DNA of 64,000 nucleotides from a bacterium (GCA_963675755.2 CAXXMD010000003.1:1856001-1920000); one strand, 5' to 3'; shown: positions 10,363-20,485, counted from the first letter of the stretch. The notes: generated by a model from the sequence alone, not told the origin. Numbers and translations are program-made.

Positions 10363-11682
10363 TTATTTCCTTTCAATCACAATTTCTTTATCATTTACTG
10401 CTGCAACACGTCCGTCAATGCTGGCATGAATAAAGACGCCAAGATCTTTTTCTGCTATTGTTGCAATTTCCTGACCTCTTTTTACACTGTCGCCGGTTTT
10501 TACCAACGGTGTGGCAGGAGCACCAACGTGTTGTTTTACGGGAATAACTACTTTATCCGGTTTTATGTCTAATTCTGTATATTCCGCTTCTGCTTCATAA
10601 TGTGTAACACCCAAACGGTTTTTTAATTGTTTTAGCGGCAATCTGCGGTGGTCATGCATGGGGTGAACCTTGGGTTGTTTATTGCCTTCCCATTTGCCTT
10701 TGCCAAGATTTCTCAAATCTGTTGTACCTTTGCCGCATGCTTCGCGGGGATACAAACCCTCTGGGCATGAATATAATGTACAGATGCCACATTGACAGCA
10801 CAATAGTGCATATTGGTTCCACAATTCCGGGCCGGTTACCGTAAATCCCAGACTGCGCATAACCAGATGAGGCTGAACATCGTAACCCAGCATATACCGG
10901 GGACATAATTCTGTACAATAACTGCACTGATCGCATGCCGAGTGCCCGATTCGTGATTGTTGCTGGGGAGTGGTACTGTACCGTTCTATTAATTTATGAT
11001 CAGCGGGTAAAACAATCAATCCACCGGTGGTTTTGGTGACGGGTTGATTCAAGTCTTTGATCAATTTACCCATCATCAATCCACTTTCCATAATGCCGTA
11101 TTCAGAGACTGTTGGACCGCCTGCAAGTTCTAAAACTTTTGATACCGGCATACCAATTGGAACCCAGGTTGTTAGTGGATTTTTGACCAGCCCTGTAATG
11201 GTTAAAAAAGTGTCTGTTACGGGTTGATTTTTGCTGGCTTTATATATATTGATTACCGTTTCAACATTGTTTACTACACAGCCCACATCCAGGGGTAGCC
11301 CCTGTGGTGGAATGAGTTTACCGGTAATACCATAAACGAGCTCGTATTCATCGCCAACCGGGTAGAAATCACCAAATTCATGTATTGAGATATTGGGATC
11401 GTCAATTGCAGCTTTTACTGCTTTAATAGCTTTCGCGTTTTTAGATTTAATACCAATTACCGCTTTTTTAGCACCCAAAGTTTTATATGCTATTTTGATG
11501 CCTTCAACCAATTCTTTGGAAAAATGGGTCAAGAGTTCTCTGTCTTTGTGCATCAACGGTTCACATTCTGCACCATTGATGAGAAAGGTATCTACCTTGG
11601 AAGACATTTTTACATGGGTAGGGAATCCGGCGCCGCCGGCGCCAACTACTCCGGATTTTTTTAATTGTTCTGCAATATTCAT
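10363..11682 (-). CDS. PduS/RnfC-like flavin and 4Fe-4S oxidoreductase (microcompartment-associated)
   Basis: GVVGAGGAGFPTHVK, NGAECEPL, SLBB region, CDQCSYCTELCP and CCQCGICTLYSCP, C-terminal QHVGAP...HASIDG. Confidence 0.88.
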   Translation of the reverse strand: MNIAEQLKKSGVVGAGGAGFPTHVKMSSKVDTFLINGAECEPLMHKDRELLTHFSKELVEGIKIAYKTLGAKKAVIGIKSKNAKAIKAVKAAIDDPNISIHEFGDFYPVGDEYELVYGITGKLIPPQGLPLDVGCVVNNVETVINIYKASKNQPVTDTFLTITGLVKNPLTTWVPIGMPVSKVLELAGGPTVSEYGIMESGLMMGKLIKDLNQPVTKTTGGLIVLPADHKLIERYSTTPQQQSRIGHSACDQCSYCTELCPRYMLGYDVQPHLVMRSLGFTVTGPELWNQYALLCCQCGICTLYSCPEGLYPREACGKGTTDLRNLGKGKWEGNKQPKVHPMHDHRRLPLKQLKNRLGVTHYEAEAEYTELDIKPDKVVIPVKQHVGAPATPLVKTGDSVKRGQEIATIAEKDLGVFIHASIDGRVAAVNDKEIVIERK

Positions 11683-11914
11683 GCTGGTCCTGAAGGATTA
11701 TCATTAAACTACTAACTTTTAGTATAATTAAAAAAAATGAAAAAAAACAGAGAAAAAAATATTTTTATCAAAGTACGACAGAATACAAATTATGGGCATA
11801 ATGCTTAAATTTGAGTGTAAATTTTTAGATTGATGTAACCTCTGAATTTTAAACTCGTATTTATATTTACAGTTTAATTCCACAATTGTAGTAGTTTTTA
11901 ATTAGGAGGACATT

Positions 11915-12859
11915 ATGAAACAAGTGATATTGTTTATGTGTGCTTGTTTATTTATGATAAATGCTACGGGTTTTGCTTCTGAAGAGATGAATAGTGTAAA
12001 CAAGTTGGTAGCCAAGCTGAAAAATATGCAATCCTCTCAGGCTACTGAACCTTTTACAAATCAGATCGATCTGGTCAATGGCAGTATTCCATACTCTTTT
12101 ATTTATGAACCTTCCGGTTTGTTTGAATGGCAATTGTTCAACAAGTGTTATTTTGACTTTAGATCGGATACCAGTTCTACCATAAGAATGGAGATCGATT
12201 ACTTGCCTATAGACGACTTTTTTCCCACTTTACCCTCTTTTTTTCATTTTGTATCAGAGAAGCCTTATGCATCTCTTGATGGATTCACGGAAAAAATGCA
12301 GGAAGAATTTCAGGCCCTGGGTGATAGCTATAATTATGAGATCCTGATCAATGAACCTGATTCCTCATACGGCAATGCTGGACAGCATTATGTACAATCT
12401 TTTTTCAGTAATGGAACAGAACTGGTTCTGGATTGTTACTTTGTTTTTGTTGAGAATTCGGCATGCGCTGTTTACTATATTACGGATTCGTATTATTACG
12501 GCAATTTTATTTACCAGCTCAGTTTCGAATCCACGCTCCATGCCCTGCATTTTAGCTCTGCAACTGCAATAGAAAAAGATGTTACCAAAACACCGGCTGT
12601 TTTTAATCTGAATCAAAATTATCCCAATCCTTTTAACAACAGCACCCGCATTCAGTATAAAGTACCAGAAACGCAAAAGGTGACATTGGAGGTTTTTGAT
12701 TCAAATGGGAGGTTGGTAAAAACCCTTGTAAACAGCAATCAAGCTCCGGGTGAATATACTGCGGATTTTGATGCTGATGGTTTGGCAAGTGGAGTTTATT
12801 TTTATAAACTCACAAGCGGCAAGACCTCATATGTGCAAAAGATGACACTGGTGAAATAA
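11915..12859 (+). CDS. Secreted protein with T9SS type A-like C-terminal sorting domain
   Basis: AGGAGG RBS, signal peptide, and tail LNQNYPNPFN...ASGVYFYKL...KMTLVK. Confidence 0.85.
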   Translation: MKQVILFMCACLFMINATGFASEEMNSVNKLVAKLKNMQSSQATEPFTNQIDLVNGSIPYSFIYEPSGLFEWQLFNKCYFDFRSDTSSTIRMEIDYLPIDDFFPTLPSFFHFVSEKPYASLDGFTEKMQEEFQALGDSYNYEILINEPDSSYGNAGQHYVQSFFSNGTELVLDCYFVFVENSACAVYYITDSYYYGNFIYQLSFESTLHALHFSSATAIEKDVTKTPAVFNLNQNYPNPFNNSTRIQYKVPETQKVTLEVFDSNGRLVKTLVNSNQAPGEYTADFDADGLASGVYFYKLTSGKTSYVQKMTLVK

Positions 12860-12882
12860 GCAAGTGTTTCTACTAGAATATT

Positions 12883-12920
12883 AAATCCTGGTAACTTTTT
12901 ACAAGGGACCGGGATTTTTA
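12883..12920 (+). terminator. Probable intrinsic terminator
   Basis: AAATCCTGGT...ACCGGGATTT stem (one G-U pair) followed by a T-rich tract, just after the 12859 stop. Confidence 0.6.
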
Positions 12921-13002
12921 TTTGTTTCATTGTTGGCTGTCCTCGCGCAAACAAGGGCATGAGTCGGAGGAAATGCTATTAAATTTTAAAACAGAGATTG
13001 TT

Positions 13003-13947
13003 TTAGAAAAACCCTAAGGCTTTTAACAAGATAATGCCTGCGGAAAGCGTAAAGATGGACCCCAGTGTTGTAAAAAACACAATATCGCCTGCCAGTTTGC
13101 CGTTACTGCCCATTGCATCGGCCATTATATAGCTCACAACAGCAGTGGGGCAGCCAAATAAAAAGAACAGAATTCCCAGATCAGTGCTTTTAAACCCAAA
13201 TAATACGGCTGTCCAGGTAAGCAGTAGAGGCATGAAAACTATTTTTATTGATGAAGACCCCAACACAAGCCCCAGATTTTGTTTTACCCGATGAAAACTG
13301 AGCGAACCGCCAATTGAAAGCAATGCCAGGGGTAATGTGAGTTGGGCAAGATAGCCTATTGTTGTTGAAATGATGGGATGAAAGTGTGTACCCAGGAATG
13401 AAAAGGGTAGTGATACCAAAACAGCAATAATCAAGGGATTGGTTACAATATCTATCAATATCTTTTTAATATCCGTTGGACCTTCTTTGTGAAGGGGGAC
13501 TGTTAACGCAATAATACAAAGTACATTGTAGAGCGGCATGATGAATGCCAGCATGATTGCTGCCCGCGCCAGTACATCGGGACCAAAAGCGTTGTTAATG
13601 AGCGCAAACCCAATGATTGAAAAATTGCTGCGAAATGCTCCCTGAATAAAGGCACCCTGATTTTTGCCATCCCGGGTGACCAAAATACCTATAATCCATG
13701 AAATGATAAAAATTACCAATATGGCAATGTTTGAATAGAGTACCAGTTTAATGTCGAATACATCTCTGTAATTTGTAGTGGCGATTTTTTGAAAGACAAG
13801 GGCCGGCAGAGTTACTTTGAAAACAACTTTGGATGCCGTCCGGTTAAAGTTCTCATTAATCAAACCGCGTCTTTTTATAAAATAACCAACAAATACCAGA
13901 ATAAATACCGGGGCAACAATTGATGCAGTAAAAGCCAGGGTTTCCAT
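13003..13947 (-). CDS. AEC (auxin efflux carrier) family transporter
   Basis: About 10 TM helices; motifs P.F....G, LPAL.F, R.N..IIG, NPLII, PLALLSIG, PTA..SY.MA. Confidence 0.88.
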   Translation of the reverse strand: METLAFTASIVAPVFILVFVGYFIKRRGLINENFNRTASKVVFKVTLPALVFQKIATTNYRDVFDIKLVLYSNIAILVIFIISWIIGILVTRDGKNQGAFIQGAFRSNFSIIGFALINNAFGPDVLARAAIMLAFIMPLYNVLCIIALTVPLHKEGPTDIKKILIDIVTNPLIIAVLVSLPFSFLGTHFHPIISTTIGYLAQLTLPLALLSIGGSLSFHRVKQNLGLVLGSSSIKIVFMPLLLTWTAVLFGFKSTDLGILFFLFGCPTAVVSYIMADAMGSNGKLAGDIVFFTTLGSIFTLSAGIILLKALGFF

Positions 13948-16943
13948 TAAAGTGCGCTTTCCAGTTTCTCTATCATTTCGGCTATTGCTTTACGGTGTTG
14001 GTAAATAGGTCCGGATGTGCTGTTAAAATCCGTTAGTGATTTAGAAACGGATTCCGGTACCATTAGCAATTCTTCAGCCTGTTTAACGAGTTGAGAATCA
14101 ATATATTTATTTTTTGCCTGAATAACAAGCTGGTTGAGCAACCAGAAATATTCGTAATCTTCTAATCCTTCCCGCAGTGTTTCCCAACGGATAGAACTGA
14201 CAGGAGCTTGCAGGTTTTTCACTTTGGTTTTAAACACTGATTCGGGTGGGTAAATAAATCTTCCGTCTCCATTACCCCAGTATTGGATATCGCCGGGCTT
14301 TAATCCATAATTATGGACATAGCTCATGGGGTCCTCGTATGGATTTTGCAATTGTGGCGGAGGAAATGCTGCCTCGCTGTTCCAATAATTTGCACTCCAT
14401 ATCAGAATGCCATCCAGCTTGTTCTGCCAGGATTGCCAGATCCAGGTGCGTAATTCTACCGCGGGATGATCAATGAATAATCCACAATAGGGCTCTTTGG
14501 GGCCTGAACAGATATACCACCATACCCGTTCACCCAGGTTTTGTCGTTGAACTGCTGGTGCATGGTTGTAATGATTGGTAATAGGACACCAGATATCTAC
14601 ATAATTAAATAATTCAGGGACCGGTTCTTCTGTCAACATAATTGGCAGTTTTGGCGCTGCTTTTTTGATAAATTCGTGGGTGTTTTTTATAAATTCATAA
14701 TCATCCGGTTCAGGTTCATCAAACCAATAAATATAAGCCTTGTCCAGCCAGCCCTTTTCTTCAAGATGGTTTTGTACCTTGCTCAGATAATCGGTCATGA
14801 GGGTGTTCCACTCATGGCTGCCTTGTTTAATTGCTCCTATTGCTCCGGATTCTCGACTGTGAAAGCTGCCCGCACCAAGACCTTTTAATATTACCCGAAA
14901 TGAGTTGAATTTCCACTGGTCCAGATATTTGTGGGCAAGTATATCAAATTTTTCAAAATTAACTTTAGCTTGCAAAGTTTGCGTATCAAACTGCACATCA
15001 ATATTGCCGAGAGTGAAAGGATCGTAAGGGGAAATGCGGTGTTCTTTAAAGCTCTTGAGATATTTTTCAAGCACCGGTCCGATATTGTCAGCATTTTTTA
15101 AATGATGATATTGCATAATATAGGATGTGTACAGGCTCATGGCTGTTTGCAGATGGGTCTCTTCCGGTAAAGTAAAATCCCAGACATGCAGAACAACAGG
15201 TAATTCATGCCTGTTACCGTCAATGCTGATTTGCAGAGTTCCGAAATAATCACCGGCACTAGCAGTTATGGGAGTTTTTATTTGTACCCAAATGGGCTGA
15301 TTTTGTCCTGCCTTGACAGAAAAAGGTTCTCGCAAAGGGGGCAGTGGATCTGGCCAGCTGTCTGCCTTTCCCAATGAATCTGTGGGACGGGTTATATCCA
15401 CATATTTTACATTCAATACCTGCACAAGCGCTTTGGGGATTCTGTTTCCATTACGATGCACAAGGTCACTCATGTTGACGATGACGTTGTTTAATGGCTT
15501 TGACGCATTTACTATAAATTGAAATGCTTCGTATTCGTTTTTCGCTGCGGATATCTCAATTCTGGTTGCTTTTTCAGAAGGGGCAATACGTGTTTTGCTG
15601 ATTTTTTGAGTTGCATCGGTATACCAAAAGGCATAAGCACCGGTTTGATCTATTAAACGACCATAATCAGCCCGATCATGGTGATTTACAAGTGGTGTTT
15701 GTTCTATGTGCAACGGATTTTTCTTGTCTGTTGATGATTCAATGATAAGAGACTGTTTTGAATCCGGGAGCAATGAAAGATTTATTTCTTTTGCTTCGAG
15801 CGGTTTTAGAATCAGGTTTGCATTCAGTACTTTGGAATTAAGCGCATTGATTATTTTACAAATATTGGTCTTGTTTGAAAGGTTTTGCAGGACAAGCGAT
15901 TGTACGGATTCTGTTTTTGCAGTAAACCAGGCTGACAGGTTTTCATTGGTTGTCAGGCAATCTGTATATACGGTTTTACCGGTTATTGAATCAAAAGTTT
16001 GATCCAGAGTAGATTGAAAAGTATATCCATTGATCTGAACGCGGGGATTTATACCGCTTGTTGATAGGCGAATATAGATTTCTTTGGCGGGAAACAGCTC
16101 CTGTGGAATTTGAAAAGTAAAACGACCTGTGCTGTTGATAGAACCAGCCGGCAGCCAGTGTTCGTTATCCGTTCCCACATCTATATTCAGCTTTCCACCC
16201 GTATAATACCCAATGATCAGTGTTGTTTTCGCGTCTAGTTGAGATATTGTTTGACCGCCGGGATTATGCCTGTAAATGATATAACTCCCCAGCTTGAGGT
16301 CCCATCGGCTGGTGTTAAAATACACATTGAAATCATATAATGAAGGAGAGAAATTCGAGTCTTTACTCATATAATGACAGTTTGAAGTAAAGGTATTACC
16401 TCTGACCGATTCTTCATTGCCTATAGTCAAGCCTTTGTGTCTTATAAAGTCTGCTTTGGCCTGGTATATCTCTATATCTTTGAACCAGACCGTACCATTG
16501 ACCTGCCATTGCCCAAAGCGGAGATAATGATTGTCGACTTTGGAGGGGGTATAAAAGTAAAATTCATGTTGGTGCCATTGTTCGGACGCATCAATATCCA
16601 GGTTTGAAATACTGGAGCCAATAATGGTTCTGCCGCCCGATGCGCCCGGAGAATTTTTTACCTGACAGGAGATTTTATAAAGAGTATTGGGAAGAAAAGG
16701 ATAGTCAAACATCCAATAGTTGGTGGCTCCGGCTTTATCTCCTCCGGTTACCGTGAGGCACATTTCTCCGCTATCAGGATCTTTTTGCCAAGAACCGATA
16801 CCGGAGATCAGTTTCCAGTTTTCTTTATTGCTAAATGATGAAAGGTTGGCGGGTTCGTTTACACAATTGCTGTTACCCAGCAGTATCAGAACAACTGCTG
16901 CAAATATGAACCGAAACAGCCGGGTGTGCGGTTTAATGGTCAT
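13947..16943 (-). CDS. GH123-like/DUF4091 glycoside hydrolase with N-terminal CBM-like domain, probable lipoprotein
   Basis: AAKNEYEAFQ, WPDPLPP, NQPIWV, VWDFTLP, YWFDEP, WWYIC, GNGDGRFIYP, SSIRWETLREGLEDYEY. Confidence 0.8.
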   Translation of the reverse strand: MTIKPHTRLFRFIFAAVVLILLGNSNCVNEPANLSSFSNKENWKLISGIGSWQKDPDSGEMCLTVTGGDKAGATNYWMFDYPFLPNTLYKISCQVKNSPGASGGRTIIGSSISNLDIDASEQWHQHEFYFYTPSKVDNHYLRFGQWQVNGTVWFKDIEIYQAKADFIRHKGLTIGNEESVRGNTFTSNCHYMSKDSNFSPSLYDFNVYFNTSRWDLKLGSYIIYRHNPGGQTISQLDAKTTLIIGYYTGGKLNIDVGTDNEHWLPAGSINSTGRFTFQIPQELFPAKEIYIRLSTSGINPRVQINGYTFQSTLDQTFDSITGKTVYTDCLTTNENLSAWFTAKTESVQSLVLQNLSNKTNICKIINALNSKVLNANLILKPLEAKEINLSLLPDSKQSLIIESSTDKKNPLHIEQTPLVNHHDRADYGRLIDQTGAYAFWYTDATQKISKTRIAPSEKATRIEISAAKNEYEAFQFIVNASKPLNNVIVNMSDLVHRNGNRIPKALVQVLNVKYVDITRPTDSLGKADSWPDPLPPLREPFSVKAGQNQPIWVQIKTPITASAGDYFGTLQISIDGNRHELPVVLHVWDFTLPEETHLQTAMSLYTSYIMQYHHLKNADNIGPVLEKYLKSFKEHRISPYDPFTLGNIDVQFDTQTLQAKVNFEKFDILAHKYLDQWKFNSFRVILKGLGAGSFHSRESGAIGAIKQGSHEWNTLMTDYLSKVQNHLEEKGWLDKAYIYWFDEPEPDDYEFIKNTHEFIKKAAPKLPIMLTEEPVPELFNYVDIWCPITNHYNHAPAVQRQNLGERVWWYICSGPKEPYCGLFIDHPAVELRTWIWQSWQNKLDGILIWSANYWNSEAAFPPPQLQNPYEDPMSYVHNYGLKPGDIQYWGNGDGRFIYPPESVFKTKVKNLQAPVSSIRWETLREGLEDYEYFWLLNQLVIQAKNKYIDSQLVKQAEELLMVPESVSKSLTDFNSTSGPIYQHRKAIAEMIEKLESAL

Positions 16944-16946
16944 GCT

Positions 16947-17354
16947 TTATTGCATGTCCTCAATTTTGGTTCCAATAACGATTTTTTTCAAACCATGCCT
17001 CTTGGCAATATCCATAACATGTACAATTACTCCATGCTCCGCAGCTTTGTCTGCTTTCAGGATCAGGGTTTTTTCTTCAATCTCGGGAATCATTTTGTCA
17101 ATTGTTGCACCCAGGTTTTCCATGGTAACGGGCTCGCTTCCCAGTGACATACTGCCATCCGGGGCAATAAACATTACCAGATTTTCAACACGGGCTACTT
17201 CTTTGCTCTGTATGCCCGGCAATTCGAGTTTCATGCCCGGCTGTTCAACAAAGCTGGAAGATACCATAAAAAAGATGAGCAATATAAACATTACATCGAT
17301 CAGACTGGTAATGTTTATACCCAGTGATTTTTTCTTTTTTTCCTTAAACTGCAT
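16947..17354 (-). CDS. exbD: Biopolymer transport protein ExbD/TolR
   Basis: INITSLIDVMFILLIFFMVSS TM with conserved Asp; LKADK...HG.IV.VMD. Confidence 0.92.
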   Translation of the reverse strand: MQFKEKKKKSLGINITSLIDVMFILLIFFMVSSSFVEQPGMKLELPGIQSKEVARVENLVMFIAPDGSMSLGSEPVTMENLGATIDKMIPEIEEKTLILKADKAAEHGVIVHVMDIAKRHGLKKIVIGTKIEDMQ

Positions 17355-17994
17355 CGCTGACCGCACTTTCCGATTTTGGACTATTGATCAGTCTGATCTT
17401 TTGCAGCAAAGTAGTAGAGTATTTTTCGATATCGAGGATATAGTTTTCAGCACGGTTGGTAAAATAGTTGAACGCAACCAGCAGAGGAATACCAATTACA
17501 AGGCCCGTAGCTGTGGTAATAAGCGCTTCAGAGATACCACCCGCAAGCAAGCTTGCCTGGCCTGTACCCTGTGTAGAAATTACGGTAAATACTTTGATCA
17601 TACCTACAACCGTACCCAAAAGTCCAAGCAGTGGAGAGATTCCCGCAAGCGTTTCAAGAATGGGCAGTCCGCGTTCAAGAACGCGAACTTGTTGACGGCC
17701 TTCGTCATTGATCAGCTCTTTGATCTCTTCCATCGGCTCTGCCTGGTGCTCAAGACCGGTCAGGATGATATTAGCCAACGGGCCTGTGTTTTTTTTGCAA
17801 ATATTTGTAGCCAGCTTTATATCTTCAGTACTGTTGATAGAATCTACAACGGAGATGATTTCCGGTATTAAAATTTTGCCTTTACGCAGGCTGATAAATT
17901 TTTCAATAACAATTGCCAGGCCTATAATTGAGCACAGCAACAGCGGATATATAACGATTCCGCCTTTTTGGAGAAATGATATAGCTTCTGTCAT
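17344..17994 (-). CDS. exbB: MotA/TolQ/ExbB proton channel protein
   Basis: ISPLLGLLGTVVGMI...GISEALITTATGLVIGIP. Confidence 0.93.
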   Translation of the reverse strand: MTEAISFLQKGGIVIYPLLLCSIIGLAIVIEKFISLRKGKILIPEIISVVDSINSTEDIKLATNICKKNTGPLANIILTGLEHQAEPMEEIKELINDEGRQQVRVLERGLPILETLAGISPLLGLLGTVVGMIKVFTVISTQGTGQASLLAGGISEALITTATGLVIGIPLLVAFNYFTNRAENYILDIEKYSTTLLQKIRLINSPKSESAVSDAV

Positions 17995-18018
17995 GAGATG
18001 TCCTGTTCTGTTTCCGGG

Positions 18019-18960
18019 TTAACGATAATTCTGGTAACCAAAGGTCCATGTGATAACCAGCCGATCTTCCGGGAAATCATCCGGAAGCGGTTTGTATGGC
18101 GATGCCGCCTTTAATGCGTTTACACTTGTAGAAATAAATGATTCATGTCCGTCATTTGCAACCAGTTGTGGCTCTTCAATTGTGCCATCCCGATGAACAA
18201 CCATATTGACCACAACTTCACTTTTCATACCGCTGACCGAATAAAAAGCAGATGGCGGGTATATTTTTTCCTGAACTTTGCGTTTTAAATACATGATATA
18301 TGGTGCGTAATTCCAGTTATAGGAACTGAGAGAAATCCCTCCCAGATTATCTGCACTGGATTCCTGATTGTTCCAGTTTGCGTCATCCGTATATCCCAGC
18401 ATACCGTTTTTGTTGTTTTGCTGTTGTCCAAAAAGTACATCCTTGGTGAACTTGGGTCGCATTTGTTGAGAAAACTCGGTCTGTCGCTGCAAAAGGGGAT
18501 CGCTGTCTTTATACGCTTCGGATTGTTCTTTTTGTTCAGAAAACTGGTCGTCCTGGCCAAAATCCTCTGTGGGTTTGTCTTGAGAAGGCGTTTCGCTCTG
18601 TTCACCGGCTTGTTCCATACCGGCAAAGGTGCGGTAGTCGGATATACCTTCGCTAAAAGACATGCCATTTGGCAGATTATTGTCTGCATACATGTCCTGG
18701 GCACGGGCATTTTTGTCCGAATAAAATTGCGCATCATCCGGCGCTTTATCTACGCGGGCCTCTTCCAGGGTTTCTACCACTTCTTTGGGTTTGGGGGGAT
18801 CTTCGAATTCGAATACCAAAGGTTCAGTGATTACAGATTCTGCTTTGGAATCCGGCACCAGCTGTAAAAAGACTGAAAGCGGTCTGTAAAGGACCAGGAT
18901 CAGGATGTGCAATAATATGGATATTAATATTGCTATTTTTATACGATGTTTTTGAAACAA
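18019..18960 (-). CDS. TonB/TolA-like energy transducer
   Basis: N-terminal TM with S-x3-H (ISILLH), acidic/Gln-rich linker, C-terminal TonB_C-like domain (ALKAASPYKPLPDDFP); adjacent to exbB-exbD. Confidence 0.78.
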   Translation of the reverse strand: MFQKHRIKIAILISILLHILILVLYRPLSVFLQLVPDSKAESVITEPLVFEFEDPPKPKEVVETLEEARVDKAPDDAQFYSDKNARAQDMYADNNLPNGMSFSEGISDYRTFAGMEQAGEQSETPSQDKPTEDFGQDDQFSEQKEQSEAYKDSDPLLQRQTEFSQQMRPKFTKDVLFGQQQNNKNGMLGYTDDANWNNQESSADNLGGISLSSYNWNYAPYIMYLKRKVQEKIYPPSAFYSVSGMKSEVVVNMVVHRDGTIEEPQLVANDGHESFISTSVNALKAASPYKPLPDDFPEDRLVITWTFGYQNYR

Positions 18961-19046
18961 GTGTTTTCCAATTTATTCAGCAAAGCCTTTGGGGTTTTGA
19001 CAAAGGACAATGCGTTATTATTCCCGATTAGTTACGGTCCGATTAA

Positions 19047-19364
19047 TCAAGTGGTCTCTTCTTTGATCCAGTTCAGGTATTCCGCAGAACCACCAATAAT
19101 GGGCAGGGCAATGATTTCCGGTACCTGATAGGAGTGGTTGGTCTGGATCCATTCAACCAGTTCTTCCAGCAGTTTTCTTTGTGTTTTAATGACAACCATT
19201 GCTTCCTTTTCATTTTCAACCTGGCTGTTCCAGTGAAAAAAAGAATCAACGTTGTCTATAATATTTGCACAGGCAATAAGCCGGGCTTTTAAAAGTTTGT
19301 GAATTGTCTTTTCTGCTTCGGTTTTGTCTTTGAATGTTGTAAATACAACGATAAATGATTCCAT
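19047..19364 (-). CDS. cutA: Divalent-cation tolerance protein CutA
   Basis: LIACANI, S.FHW, E.E....IKT, HSYQVPEII, YLNWI. Start MESFIVV with AGGA RBS. Confidence 0.93.
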   Translation of the reverse strand: MESFIVVFTTFKDKTEAEKTIHKLLKARLIACANIIDNVDSFFHWNSQVENEKEAMVVIKTQRKLLEELVEWIQTNHSYQVPEIIALPIIGGSAEYLNWIKEETT

Positions 19365-19515
19365 AAAGTTTCCTGATTTTTTTAATTTATAAAGTAGATG
19401 TAATTGCATAGAAAATCAAGGGTTTTTATATTAAAGAAAAGTTAATAAATGTATATTGAAAGGGAACCCAACCCCGTTATATTCATTGAATACATAACTT
19501 GCTCAGATTGGATGT

Positions 19516-20484
19516 ATGAATAAATCCCTGTTAACAGCTTTGTTGGTTTCCATGCTTGTACATGCTGTATTAGTATGGATGTTGGTAAAAATTCGGTTTC
19601 CGGAGAATCCCGTGCTGGTTTTACACCCCGAATTGTCTCGTGCACTTGAAATGTCAGTGCTGAGACCTTCCTTGCAGACGAATTTAGATCAACAAGCTTT
19701 ACCAGATAAAGTTGTTAAACCGGAACCCGATATGCCTGAAAGCCCGGTACTTCCGGTTTCTGAACCTGAAACCCAAACATCTGATCCATTTACAATTCCG
19801 GAACACGTAATGCAGCCAATAGATTCTATTTATCATGTCACCCATGATACGTTGTTTATGATCGATACGGTATATTTGGCAAAAGGAGAATATAATCCGG
19901 TTCGGGATTCTCTGTTTACTGCCAGGCAGAAAAATCCGTTTTACAAAAAAGACCGGTTAGACCTGCCTCCTGATCAGTTTAATCTGCCCCGTATGCTGTT
20001 TCAGGGAGCAAAAAAGGTCTCCGAGTTGGTTAGTGGTACCTCGGAACCTAAACTGGATTTTATTCCCACCCAGGCAGAGCTGGAGGCGCTTGAGCTGATT
20101 TGGAAACATCACCGTATTACCGGTCAGAATATTTACGCGCAAATGGACACCAGTATTAAGATGTCCAAGCAGGATATGGACCGGATTTTATCTGTGCTTG
20201 TAGACAGGGGCATTTTAAAACGCAAAATTGTTTCCCCTGAATACAAAGTCATGTTGTTTGTGGCAGAAGTAGAGGTGAGCCCCAAAAATCTCAGAAACCG
20301 TGTGTACGAGTATGAACCTTTACTGCCCCGTGATGACATGAAACGGTTTTTAAATGCATTGTATTATCAGCTAAAGACAGGACAGGATGCGGAATTTGTT
20401 AAAGATTCAAAGACATTATACAATACCGAACATGTAAAAAAACTGCTTGATCGGTTTTTTATGGACAGAGAAGAGAGCGAATAG
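19516..20484 (+). CDS. Membrane-anchored hypothetical protein with a BlaI/MecI-like winged-helix domain
   Basis: N-terminal TM (VSMLVH), Pro-rich linker, then PTQAELEALELIW...ILSVLVDRGILKRK...YEYEPL, which resembles Penicillinase_R. Confidence 0.6.
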   Translation: MNKSLLTALLVSMLVHAVLVWMLVKIRFPENPVLVLHPELSRALEMSVLRPSLQTNLDQQALPDKVVKPEPDMPESPVLPVSEPETQTSDPFTIPEHVMQPIDSIYHVTHDTLFMIDTVYLAKGEYNPVRDSLFTARQKNPFYKKDRLDLPPDQFNLPRMLFQGAKKVSELVSGTSEPKLDFIPTQAELEALELIWKHHRITGQNIYAQMDTSIKMSKQDMDRILSVLVDRGILKRKIVSPEYKVMLFVAEVEVSPKNLRNRVYEYEPLLPRDDMKRFLNALYYQLKTGQDAEFVKDSKTLYNTEHVKKLLDRFFMDREESE

Positions 20485-20485
20485 A

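Noticed and set aside
10363-11682. Rnf complex subunit C
   Set aside because: No rnfABDEG neighbours. The domain order with a C-terminal barrel-sandwich and the adjacent BMC-T gene fit PduS instead.
16720-17871. 383-aa plus-strand ORF
   Set aside because: Antisense shadow of exbB/exbD and the GH123 start, which have clear family motifs; the ORF has none.
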